From positions 6,200 through 70,199 of the forward strand of contig CAZEAI010000001.1 of NCBI GenBank assembly GCA_964510105.1: a stretch of 64,000 bases of DNA, written 5' to 3'. The stretch comes from an uncultured bacterium. GTDB taxonomy: Bacteria > Latescibacterota > MWCZ01. Below, piece by piece: positions 1-8,898 of this stretch. The notes below the pieces were generated by a model, which worked only from the letters and a program-made list of their open reading frames with translations, did not search any database and was not told the DNA's origin. How positions within the stretch are numbered: position 1 is the stretch's first letter; each line of letters starts with the position of its first letter. A program made the translations under genes and the position numbers.

Positions 1-2
1 CG

Positions 3-1097
3 ACACCACGCGGCACGGGACATGCCTGCGAGCGCATCGAGTTCGTGGACGCAGCAACCGGCGCACTCGTGACGCAGATGACGAACGCGTCCGTTCCGAG
101 CCGGGCGTTCTACTTCGAAACGCCGTCATTCAACACGACCAATGACACGATGTTCTTCTTCTCGCAGCGCACGGGCACTCGCGGCGCTCCGTGGGACCTG
201 TACCGCGTCGATGGCAACGGCGACAACATCGTCCAGCTCTCAGACGAGGACTACCCGCTCGGAGACCCCTGCCCCGCCCCCGACGATCCACGAGCGATCT
301 ACGGCACGCGCGGCAATGCCGTCATGCGGCTCGACATCGACACGTGCGAGGAAATCGAGATCGGGAGGTGCGACGGCATCTCGTCACTCAGCGGCGGCAC
401 CATGGACGGCGCTGGGAGATACTACTTCTCCATCGGGACTCCGTCGGACGGACCGCAGGATCGGCGCACGGGCGACACGCTGATCGTTCGCTTTCGCACC
501 GACGGCAGCGAAGTCGTGTCGTTCGGGCGCAACCTCGCGCGGGCCCACCTGACGTGCAACCATTCCGGTACCATCCTGCACTATCGACACGCGTGGAGCG
601 GAGATAGCGCCCTGGCAGTGTGCGACATAGACGGAGAGAACCATCGACCCATCGGGTTCCAGCAATTCGCTCACCGCATGTGGCTCGGGACATCCGACCG
701 CCTCCAGGGACCGATGACGCCGCCCGGGCACGGCATCGTACAGATCGGCATCGACGAGACCGAGCCGACCGCCGTCTGCGCTGGTCCGTATTTCTGGCAC
801 GCAGGAGCAAGCGCCGACGGTGAGTGGGTCGTCGCGGACACGAACTGGCCGGATCAGGGCATCATGCTGGTACACGTGGAGAGCGGCCGCTTCGCGCCGG
901 TCGTGAAGCCGCGTCAGGCGTCCGGCAGCGGGCAGGCGACGCATCCGCACCCGTCGTTCGATCGCAGCGGCGGGCGCGTGGTGTATACGTCGAATGCGAC
1001 CGGGCTCTCGCAGGTGTGCGTCGCCGAGATACCCGATGCTCTGAGACACGAACTGGAGACCGGGGAGCTATCGAAACGACGGAGCTTCCGTAGATAG
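3..1097 (+). CDS. Oligogalacturonate lyase-like / TolB-like beta-propeller protein (probably 5'-truncated by window edge)
   Basis: Frame is open to the window start. The N-terminus 'FVDAATGALVTQMT..RAFYFE', 'FFFSQRTG' and C-terminal 'THPHPSFDRSGGRVVYTSN' are typical of Ogl-family propellers. Confidence 0.7.
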   Translation, partial: TPRGTGHACERIEFVDAATGALVTQMTNASVPSRAFYFETPSFNTTNDTMFFFSQRTGTRGAPWDLYRVDGNGDNIVQLSDEDYPLGDPCPAPDDPRAIYGTRGNAVMRLDIDTCEEIEIGRCDGISSLSGGTMDGAGRYYFSIGTPSDGPQDRRTGDTLIVRFRTDGSEVVSFGRNLARAHLTCNHSGTILHYRHAWSGDSALAVCDIDGENHRPIGFQQFAHRMWLGTSDRLQGPMTPPGHGIVQIGIDETEPTAVCAGPYFWHAGASADGEWVVADTNWPDQGIMLVHVESGRFAPVVKPRQASGSGQATHPHPSFDRSGGRVVYTSNATGLSQVCVAEIPDALRHELETGELSKRRSFRR

Positions 1098-1124
1098 ACC
1101 CGCGAGCCCGCCACCGTTCGACGG

Positions 1125-1508
1125 CTATGCCGGGGCGTACACCGGCGTCAGATCGTTGTAGATCCGGTACTCGGCGATCTTCCCCCGTTCATCCCCGTCC
1201 GCCGCCAGATCGAAGATCGTCACCGAAGGCGCGGCGACCTGAGCGCCGTTGTCTATCCGCGTGTACGTCACTTCGAGCTGACACACGACTGCGTTGCCGC
1301 GGTCCCACGTCCGAACGAGCCGGTGACTCAGCCCGGCGATGGAACCGAAGAAGCCGGCGACGGAATCACGAATGTTCGTGCGGCCAACGACCGGCTCGGC
1401 GTTGGCGTAGATGAACGCGCAGTCCTCGGTGAGGTACTTCGTGAACTCGTCGGCGTCCATACTATCTACGGTGGCGAACAGGTCGGTGATCCATTGAGGG
1501 TGGGGCAT
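1125..1508 (-). CDS. SnoaL/NTF2-like family protein
   Basis: 127 aa; 'FATVDSMDADEF..LTEDCAFIYANAEPVVGR', 'EYRIYNDLTPVY'. Confidence 0.8.
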   Translation of the reverse strand: MPHPQWITDLFATVDSMDADEFTKYLTEDCAFIYANAEPVVGRTNIRDSVAGFFGSIAGLSHRLVRTWDRGNAVVCQLEVTYTRIDNGAQVAAPSVTIFDLAADGDERGKIAEYRIYNDLTPVYAPA

Positions 1509-1535
1509 CTATGCTCTTTCTGACCCGGCGAGGAT

Positions 1536-2441
1536 TCAGGCGTTGCTCCTGCCCGTTGCGCGATTGAGGACCTCCACCAGTTGGGCGGGCTGGTAGGGCT
1601 TCGGCAGGAAGGCGACGTTGCGATCACCCATGCCTTTCGACTCCAGGATGCGGCTCGAATAGCCGCTGCTGAAGACGATGGGGACGTCGGCGCTTATCTC
1701 GCGGATCCGGTCGTACACCTCCTCGCCGTGCATCTTCGGAAGTATCAGGTCGAGCAATATGACCGCGACAGCGTCGCCAAGCTCCACAAATTTCTCAATT
1801 CCGGCTTCTCCGCTCTCGGCGTTGACCACGGAGAATCCGCCCTGTATCAGGAGCGTGCCAACCATGAGCTGAACGTACTCGTCATCGTCCACGACCAGCA
1901 CGAGCGGACCGTTGTCCGGCTCGCCCTCCAACCCGGCCGGCACTGCGGGGCGAGCCTCCTTCATGCGCGGCAACAGCAGCGTCAACGTGGCCTGCCCCTC
2001 TCCATTCTCCTCGGAGCGCACCGCGCCGCCACAGATGTCCACGACGGCGGACGTGCGATAGAGTAGCGCGTCGGCCGACTCCGCCTTCACGAGCGAACGA
2101 TCGGCCATGGCCTCGATCATCAATGTGTCGGAGCCTGTCCACGTGACGGAAATCGACACGTAGAGGCCTTCGGAGCGCCCAACCGGTGGGATTAGGCCCT
2201 TCACCGCCTCGTCGTCGAGGCGGACTCGCTGAACCTCCACAAGTACACCGGCGTCGCCATCGCTCAGCGTACACGCCCGGTCAACGAGATCCGCGACCGC
2301 GCCAAGGAGGTCGTCGGGCTCGCATTCGACATCGGGCAATCCATCGCCGATGACCAGTTCGACGGCGCGAGTGTTCCCGCACCGTCGACGCAGATCTTCT
2401 ACGTTGGTCCTGATGAGCGTCCCGGGATTCAGTTGGCGCAC
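1536..2441 (-). CDS. Degenerate HATPase_c domain + receiver domain (CckA-like C-terminal half)
   Basis: Intact REC domain (VVDDD, LLDLILP, FSSG, LPKP). The N-terminal part follows the CckA kinase layout but N/G1/G2 boxes are degenerate; no HisKA domain. Confidence 0.7.
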   Translation of the reverse strand: MRQLNPGTLIRTNVEDLRRRCGNTRAVELVIGDGLPDVECEPDDLLGAVADLVDRACTLSDGDAGVLVEVQRVRLDDEAVKGLIPPVGRSEGLYVSISVTWTGSDTLMIEAMADRSLVKAESADALLYRTSAVVDICGGAVRSEENGEGQATLTLLLPRMKEARPAVPAGLEGEPDNGPLVLVVDDDEYVQLMVGTLLIQGGFSVVNAESGEAGIEKFVELGDAVAVILLDLILPKMHGEEVYDRIREISADVPIVFSSGYSSRILESKGMGDRNVAFLPKPYQPAQLVEVLNRATGRSNA

Positions 2442-2609
2442 AATAGGTTCCTTAGTTCAAACACACGTTCCAAACGCGGCGAATCACACCTTAACCGGTG
2501 ACGGCGATTCGTGATACGAAGCACTCTCACCAAGTGAATTTCATGCAGAACAAGGCGTCTGAGAAGGCCCGATCGGATCTAGTGTAGGCGGAATGTCTCC
2601 GTATCCATC

Positions 2610-3674
2610 TCACGTTACGCGGATATCGCGTTCTTCGTAGTTCGTTCGTATGCCTTCTGTGCAGTTGCGACACATCTCGATCGCGGAGCGATTCACTAGC
2701 ACGCGCCTTCGGAAGGCGTTGAAGCGATTGTTGTTCCATAGCGCCGAGAACCCTCCCGCGCGCCCCTCGTCGTCGCCGTACGTGCCCATGGTGAAATCGC
2801 CGTCCTTGTCGAAACAGCACGGCGTCACCGACCCGTCCCAGTTGATCACCGGCTGCATCCACAGCTTCCGGCACATGTTGGGAATGGCATCGCGCCCGTT
2901 GCGGAGGCGGAACGATTCGCCCTCCACCTCGTAGCGGCGGAACTCGCCGTTCTCCGGCAGGAACGCCTGCACATCCTGCTGATCGTATATCTGGGCGGTC
3001 TTGTAGGTGATCTTGTCGACGCCGAGCTCCTCCGCCAACGCCTTCACCGATTCCTTCTCGTGCTCGTTGTGGCGGAACAGGATGAACTGGATATGGATGA
3101 TTGGCGTGGCGGAGCCCGTTCTCCGTTTCGCCTCCACAAGCGCCTTGGCGCCCTCGATCACCGTGTCGAACTTGCCGCCGACGCGGTATTCCCGGTAGGT
3201 CTCCGGCGTCGCGCCGTCCAGGCTGATGATCAGCGAATCGAGCCCCGACGCGATCACCGCCTCCGGGTCCGTGAAGAAGTGGCCGTTCGACGACACGAAC
3301 GTGTATATGCCCGCGTCGGAGGCGTAGCGGACCATGCCGAGGAACTGCTTGTGAATGAACGACTCGCCCTGATTCCAGAGCAGCAGCATGTGCGTGCGGC
3401 CTCGCACGTCGTCGATGATGCGCCGGTACAGGTCGAAATCCATGAAGCCGCGCTCGCGCTTCAGCGTACCGTTGCCGCTGGGGCAGAGCGGGCACTTCAA
3501 GTTGCACACGTTTGTCGGCTCGACCATGAGCACCGGCGGAACGCCCCACACGAACGGACGTCTCGTCACGCGCGAGATCGCGTAGCTCGCCGCGACCTTC
3601 GCGACGTTCCACGTCTTGCGCAGCGAGAGCGATTTCCTCGCGAAGTGAAGTGGTTCTCGAATGTTCATCGACAT
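2610..3674 (-). CDS. Radical SAM/SPASM domain protein
   Basis: CxxxCxxC 'CNLKCPLC'; C-terminal 'CRKLW..GSVTPCCFD..CRNC'. Confidence 0.9.
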   Translation of the reverse strand: MSMNIREPLHFARKSLSLRKTWNVAKVAASYAISRVTRRPFVWGVPPVLMVEPTNVCNLKCPLCPSGNGTLKRERGFMDFDLYRRIIDDVRGRTHMLLLWNQGESFIHKQFLGMVRYASDAGIYTFVSSNGHFFTDPEAVIASGLDSLIISLDGATPETYREYRVGGKFDTVIEGAKALVEAKRRTGSATPIIHIQFILFRHNEHEKESVKALAEELGVDKITYKTAQIYDQQDVQAFLPENGEFRRYEVEGESFRLRNGRDAIPNMCRKLWMQPVINWDGSVTPCCFDKDGDFTMGTYGDDEGRAGGFSALWNNNRFNAFRRRVLVNRSAIEMCRNCTEGIRTNYEERDIRVT

Positions 3675-3738
3675 CTATCGTTATCCGGCTCTTGCGATCG
3701 GTCGTGTGTGCACAAGCGTCTTTCTCCGCTTCTGCAAC

Positions 3739-4368
3739 TCAGGATTGAATGCGACTCATCTCACTCCGCATCGAGCGAATTATGCGCATCTGGTCCTCGT
3801 TTACTGCTCTCATGACCGCAGAATAGTCGGCCAACTTCGACTGGACGCTGCCCCAGGCCCGCATGACTTCCTCCCACGCGACCTCTGACATTTCTGAGTC
3901 TTCGTACTTGCCGTGCATTTCTATGGCCACGTCGAGGTCAATCTTGAGATTTACAAGCTCAGATTGTAGGCTCAGCATGTTCTTGACTTGGCCTCCATCG
4001 CTGTTGCTTTCCGGGCCGACTTCGAAGAACAGAGCAACCGAGCCGAGCGATCCCTCATGCGCCTTCGTAGTTCGACTCAAGAGCTCAGACATTTCCTCCT
4101 GATAGTGACTGAGCACTAGCGGATGCAGCATGTCATCAGTGTCAGATGCACGTTCATAGAGGTCCGTGAGGAAGGCGCCCACTGAGGCCACGGCGTATGC
4201 GTGCGAAACGTACGCCTCGGCCGCCTTCAATTTGCGGTCGAATACCGCGCGCCGCATCTCTGACCTGTGCCGTTGTCGCTCCTGAAGGAGGTCTAGCGCT
4301 TTGGTCATCGCGACGCCAGCGAGCGCCGCGGCTGCAGGTAGCACGCTGTTCCAGACACCATCAGCCAA
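3739..4368 (-). CDS. Hypothetical membrane-anchored helical protein
   Basis: Probable TTG start after GGAGAG; N-terminal hydrophobic helix then an acidic helical region; lower GC than flanking genes. Confidence 0.6.
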   Translation of the reverse strand: MADGVWNSVLPAAAALAGVAMTKALDLLQERQRHRSEMRRAVFDRKLKAAEAYVSHAYAVASVGAFLTDLYERASDTDDMLHPLVLSHYQEEMSELLSRTTKAHEGSLGSVALFFEVGPESNSDGGQVKNMLSLQSELVNLKIDLDVAIEMHGKYEDSEMSEVAWEEVMRAWGSVQSKLADYSAVMRAVNEDQMRIIRSMRSEMSRIQS

Positions 4369-4471
4369 AGGTCTTCTCTCCAACGCGGGGGTCCATTCAT
4401 GGTGACATCGACGGAAGTCCAGTAGTAGGTAGCGAGAGTCTGAGCGTGCGTCCAGTTCCACGCGCACGCGC

Positions 4472-6196
4472 TCACCAGACGCGGTAGGACATCGCCACCC
4501 CGACACGCTTCCAGCTTCGGGTCGCCGACACACCGCCATCCGCAGTGCGTCGGGAGTGATGCGCGAGTTCGCCGCTCACCACCAGGTCGCGTCGCACTTC
4601 CCAATGAGCGGAAAGGCCGAATTCACGGTCGCGAACGACGTCGCCGAAGAGAAACGGCGACGCCTCGTCGGAGTACTGTTGATCCACGGTTCCCGTGTCC
4701 CCGCGCCTGCCCTGATACGCCCAGCCCGCCAATTCGATATCCCGCGAGAGGCGGTACGCGACATCCGCGCGGACGAGATCGCTGTTGTGCCCACTGAACA
4801 GCCCCAGCGGATAGGCCACGGCTGCGTAGTTGCCGTTCATCGCGAACGTGTCGTACGTGTTCCACGGATACCGGTGGCGGTACACCCACGGAAGAGCGCG
4901 CCCGTATTCCACGCGGATGTCCATATCGGGCACGAGCCCCCAGGCGTCGACCGCCAGGAACCCCGCCTGGTAGGCCCACCAGTTGTGCGTATTGTCTCCG
5001 CCCGCCAGCGCCTCAAACGAAAGTTCGTCGATGAAAAGCGTCCCGTAGACCCGTGTCCGCGGTATCCACGTGACGGCGACATCGCCCCACATCTGAAGGT
5101 TGTCAAGATCGCCAACGTCATGCTGCGCCGCGCGGAACGGCACGACGGGCACGAGGTAAGCCCCTTCCACACCCCGGCCACCGTAGACGATCGATTCGCC
5201 GATCCCCACCTCGAGGCCGTCGATGCCGGAGTAGTCGAGGCGGTGAGCGACGTAGTACTTGGACTCATAGTCGCTCTGCCAGCCGCCATGCTCCCACCAG
5301 ACGGTCGACGTATCCCGCACGCCGCTCTGCAGCGCCGCGTGAACGTAGCTGAACGTCAACCAGCGCCACGGATGCAACGTCAAACGCACGTGCGGCAGCG
5401 CAGGAGCCTTCCGCGAAAGAATCAGCCGCGTGTGCATACCGTGCCCGATGCGCAGCGGATAGACGCCGGCGGCCAGCGTCATCATGGGATTGTGGTATGT
5501 GACAAGGGCACGAGGATCGTCGATGGAAAGGCTGGCGCCGGTGTCTGCATCGACGTATGCGACGCCCGGCTCCGGCCCGAAGCGTGACGGAGATACGACG
5601 CCGGAACCTATGCGAACGTCGTCGACCATGTACGCCTGCGCCGACCAGTGCTCCCCGATCCGGACCCAGCCACCGACGCGCACTTCGCGAGCCCACGTGG
5701 TCGCGGTATCCACGGTTACGCCCACTCCGGCCTCGACGTTGAGCCGCGCCGAGCGGTCGGCGTCGCCGTGAACCGAGAGCATGCGCCTCGGCACGGAGCC
5801 TCGCCCCGTATGCGCGCGGTCTCGCGCGGCCATCGACGACCACGCTACCTCCACGTCTGCCAGCACTGAGTCGGCCCCGAGCGCAACGATCTCGTCGGCG
5901 AACTCGCCACGGTAGAACCGCAGACGGTCCACGTCGACACGTGAGAGCCGTGGATCGTCGATGCGGGTGTCGATGAGAGCCTGCGCGATGCGCGTGCGAG
6001 TCCACGGGCGAACCGCCAACGGTCCGGGTGGCGTAACCCGCTTCGTTACGAGGCGTTCGACGTAGCCGTACACGGGGTGATCCGGGACGACGTAGACCGC
6101 CGGCAATTCGTCGGCACGCGCGCGACCGGGAAGCGCGGCGGCGGCCACTACAAGCGCCATGGCGCTGAAGACGCAGATGCGGCGGAAGGCGGGCAT
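4472..6196 (-). CDS. wzi: Capsule assembly Wzi family outer-membrane protein
   Basis: Signal peptide; 'RPWTR', 'LILSRKAPALP', 'HRLD..EVGIGESIVYGGR', 'LFIDE', 'EY', 'PLG..GHNSD'; C-terminal aromatic residue. Confidence 0.7.
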   Translation of the reverse strand: MPAFRRICVFSAMALVVAAAALPGRARADELPAVYVVPDHPVYGYVERLVTKRVTPPGPLAVRPWTRTRIAQALIDTRIDDPRLSRVDVDRLRFYRGEFADEIVALGADSVLADVEVAWSSMAARDRAHTGRGSVPRRMLSVHGDADRSARLNVEAGVGVTVDTATTWAREVRVGGWVRIGEHWSAQAYMVDDVRIGSGVVSPSRFGPEPGVAYVDADTGASLSIDDPRALVTYHNPMMTLAAGVYPLRIGHGMHTRLILSRKAPALPHVRLTLHPWRWLTFSYVHAALQSGVRDTSTVWWEHGGWQSDYESKYYVAHRLDYSGIDGLEVGIGESIVYGGRGVEGAYLVPVVPFRAAQHDVGDLDNLQMWGDVAVTWIPRTRVYGTLFIDELSFEALAGGDNTHNWWAYQAGFLAVDAWGLVPDMDIRVEYGRALPWVYRHRYPWNTYDTFAMNGNYAAVAYPLGLFSGHNSDLVRADVAYRLSRDIELAGWAYQGRRGDTGTVDQQYSDEASPFLFGDVVRDREFGLSAHWEVRRDLVVSGELAHHSRRTADGGVSATRSWKRVGVAMSYRVW

Positions 6197-6370
6197 CGTA
6201 GCGCTCAACTCGTTTCGAGGGCGAGCCCGGAGCCGGCCCGGGCGTCGATGGACGGGTTACGGATCATGCCGTCGACTCCAGGTGACCGCTCGGCCCCGGC
6301 CATAGCGCCGAGACGGTGTACTCCGCAAGTGCGCGCGGAGAGATATCGCCGACTGCTTTGCGACGGGCGT

Positions 6371-7081
6371 TCAAGACGGATTGAGCATGTCCTCGACGGT
6401 GACAAACTCGAATCCACGGTTGCGCAGAAACGGTATCACCTGGCTCAACGCGGCTATCGTCACCGTGCGCGGGGACATCGCTTGCCTGCGAACGCCGTCG
6501 TGCCAGAGCAGGATGTCGCCGTTACGCACGGCCGGCACCCAGCTCGTCAGATTACGCGCGCTGTTCAGCCGCCAGTCGCCGGCGGAGCTTGTCCAGTGGA
6601 CCATGCGCCAGCCGCGCTTGCGCAGGAGGCCGGGCATGGAGAAGCTCCTGGCGCCGAAAGCGGGTCGGTAGAGCCTCGGCCCGACGCCACACGTCGATTC
6701 GATGGCTCGGTATCCGCGGTCGAGCTGGTTCGCGGTCGCCTGGCTGCGCGCCCACATCAGGTTGCGGTGCGTGTAGCCGTGGTTGCCCACGAGGTGCCCC
6801 GCCTCAACGACAGCCCGCGCGAGGTCGGGGTGCTTTTCCACTGAGGCCCCGAGCATGAAGAACGTTGCTCGCACGTCCTCGCGCGCCAGAAGATCGAGGA
6901 TCTGCCCCGTGCCTTCGGGCGACGGGCCGTTGTCGAACGTAAGCGCGATCTCGCGACGGCTCCTCGGCCCATGCCACATCGTCCGTCCGATGAGCTGCGC
7001 GCGTGGCGACGCGAGCGCATATCCGATCAGGCTGCCGATAGCGCCCCCCACGCTTCCGGCGAACCACCAACGGTTCCTCAC
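6371..7081 (-). CDS. Polysaccharide deacetylase (NodB/CE4)
   Basis: 'IALTFDNGP', 'ATFFMLG', 'GNHGYTH', 'YRPAFG', 'ILLWHD'; GTG start after AAGGAG. Confidence 0.85.
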   Translation of the reverse strand: MRNRWWFAGSVGGAIGSLIGYALASPRAQLIGRTMWHGPRSRREIALTFDNGPSPEGTGQILDLLAREDVRATFFMLGASVEKHPDLARAVVEAGHLVGNHGYTHRNLMWARSQATANQLDRGYRAIESTCGVGPRLYRPAFGARSFSMPGLLRKRGWRMVHWTSSAGDWRLNSARNLTSWVPAVRNGDILLWHDGVRRQAMSPRTVTIAALSQVIPFLRNRGFEFVTVEDMLNPS

Positions 7082-7148
7082 TGCGGACTCCTTGACCCTC
7101 GGTGCGCATGGCCCCGTGCCGCATGTCGACGGCAACTCGTATCGCCCT

Positions 7149-8429
7149 TCACACGTCCAACCTATCCGGCGTAAGCATTCCCGCGTCGTCGAACCGGATT
7201 CCCGGCGCCTGCCCGTGGGAGCGGACCGTAGCCCCTGCCGTCACATTATCCATGAGCGTTTCGCTCGCCTCCATGTGAATGAGGCTCAGCGTATTGAGGA
7301 TCCTCACGATCCGCGCATCTGCCGCATCCGGAACTCCGGCGGAGGCAAGCGCCATTTCGATCGCCTCGCGGTCGGTCTCGTACGTGAGCGGCAACATCGC
7401 TCCCCGCGGGCGTGTAGCGGTTATCGTGTTCGTGTACGTCTTGTGTCGATCAAACTTGCGCGCAAGCCGCTCAAGCGCGAAATCGGCTAGACCGACTCCC
7501 GCTGCGTTGCCCTCGGTCTTGTCGGTGAGGTCGCGAACGAATACTCGACGGGGCGCGGTACGCTCCACGGTCTCGCCTTCGGCGACGTCCGCCCAGTGCT
7601 TCCGCCGAATCACGTTCGTATCCATGCCCGCACCACTCACGTTCTTGCCCATCTCATCGACGATCAACAGATCGACGAAGTCGAACGGGATGCCGGGGAG
7701 ATAGCCCGTGGCGCGCTTGATGAGTTCGCCTTCTTCGGTGAGAAAATCGCCCGGCGCAACGCCGACCACCTCCGCGGTCTGCTCGTAGGCATTCTCAAGA
7801 ATGGCGATCCCGGCGAGAATGTTCGCCCGTTCAATGACCACGGTGCCGGCGGTGCCGATGAGCCGCTCGAACGGGATTCGCGTCGCCGCTCGATGGTAGT
7901 TGATGGCCCCGGTGTGCTTGCCCAGGCCGATGAGTAGCATCTTCATCAGGCCGCTCTGATACGGGCCGAAAAACTCCGTGTGCGGCTTCACCCGGTTGAT
8001 AACGAGAATGTGGTCCGCTTCCGAAGCGATTCGATCGATCACAACCGGAAAATCATCCTGCGTCCGCCCAACCTCGACGGTATCCATCGACGAGCGCACT
8101 TCCGCGCCGACCGATTCGAGCGTGACGCCCAGCGAATTCAGGACGCCAACCTGGCCTTCCGCCGTGCCGCCGCCGTGGCTTCCCATAGCGGGTACGATGA
8201 GTGGCTCCGCACCACGATCGCGCAGTCCAGCGACAATCGTCCGCAGCATCGTCGTGAGGTTGGCGATCCCCCGACTACCGACGGTGATCGCTACCGACGC
8301 TCCCGCCAGCCCCTCCGCGCCGGTGCGCGAGAGAACGTCGGAGAGCGCCTCGGACGCCGCGGCGGCGGGATCGTCGACACTCGGGTGATCGAACACCTGC
8401 TCGATCCGAAGCATGCTGGGCCATGACAT
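7149..8429 (-). CDS. LarA N-terminal (DUF2088)/DUF362-like domain protein
   Basis: 'VAITVGSRGIAN', 'PAMGSHGGGTAEGQ', 'NRVKPHT', 'KMLLIGLGKH', 'GKNVSGAGMDTNVI'. Confidence 0.75.
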   Translation of the reverse strand: MSWPSMLRIEQVFDHPSVDDPAAAASEALSDVLSRTGAEGLAGASVAITVGSRGIANLTTMLRTIVAGLRDRGAEPLIVPAMGSHGGGTAEGQVGVLNSLGVTLESVGAEVRSSMDTVEVGRTQDDFPVVIDRIASEADHILVINRVKPHTEFFGPYQSGLMKMLLIGLGKHTGAINYHRAATRIPFERLIGTAGTVVIERANILAGIAILENAYEQTAEVVGVAPGDFLTEEGELIKRATGYLPGIPFDFVDLLIVDEMGKNVSGAGMDTNVIRRKHWADVAEGETVERTAPRRVFVRDLTDKTEGNAAGVGLADFALERLARKFDRHKTYTNTITATRPRGAMLPLTYETDREAIEMALASAGVPDAADARIVRILNTLSLIHMEASETLMDNVTAGATVRSHGQAPGIRFDDAGMLTPDRLDV

Positions 8430-8435
8430 CGTGCG

Positions 8436-8846
8436 CTACATCTCCTTCTGCTGTTCCTCGATCCTCACGGCGGGGGAGTCGTCCCTGAACGTGCAGACGA
8501 TTGTCCTGTGCGTCGTGAGATCGAAGAGATCGTCACCCGCTTCGCAGCACGTGACGACGACAGTGCCTTTCCAGTGCCCAAGCTCCGACTGTAGAGACGC
8601 GTAGTGCCGGAAATACAGATCGATGCGATCCGGCCTCTCCACGAAGCTGACCTCTCGGCTAGACGGCGAGAAGTCGGTGATGAGATCGCGCCCGGCGAGG
8701 GTTGAGCCCTGTTTGCCGATGAGAATGCTGATCGGCTCCACTCGGAACGGCAGGCTCAGCCGCCGCCCGACAGTGAAGCCGATCCGGTTCTCCGCAAGAC
8801 ATGCCGCGAGCGTCCTGTCATCCGATCCAGATGTCGCGCTACTCAT
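8436..8846 (-). CDS. Hypothetical protein
   Basis: ATG after AAGGAGG; fills the gap between the antiporter and LarA-like genes on the same strand. Confidence 0.6.
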   Translation of the reverse strand: MSSATSGSDDRTLAACLAENRIGFTVGRRLSLPFRVEPISILIGKQGSTLAGRDLITDFSPSSREVSFVERPDRIDLYFRHYASLQSELGHWKGTVVVTCCEAGDDLFDLTTHRTIVCTFRDDSPAVRIEEQQKEM

Positions 8847-8898
8847 CGTAGAGCCTCCTTCTGAATGCCGGACCGCGCGCGCCTGCCCTGCTCCTCGC

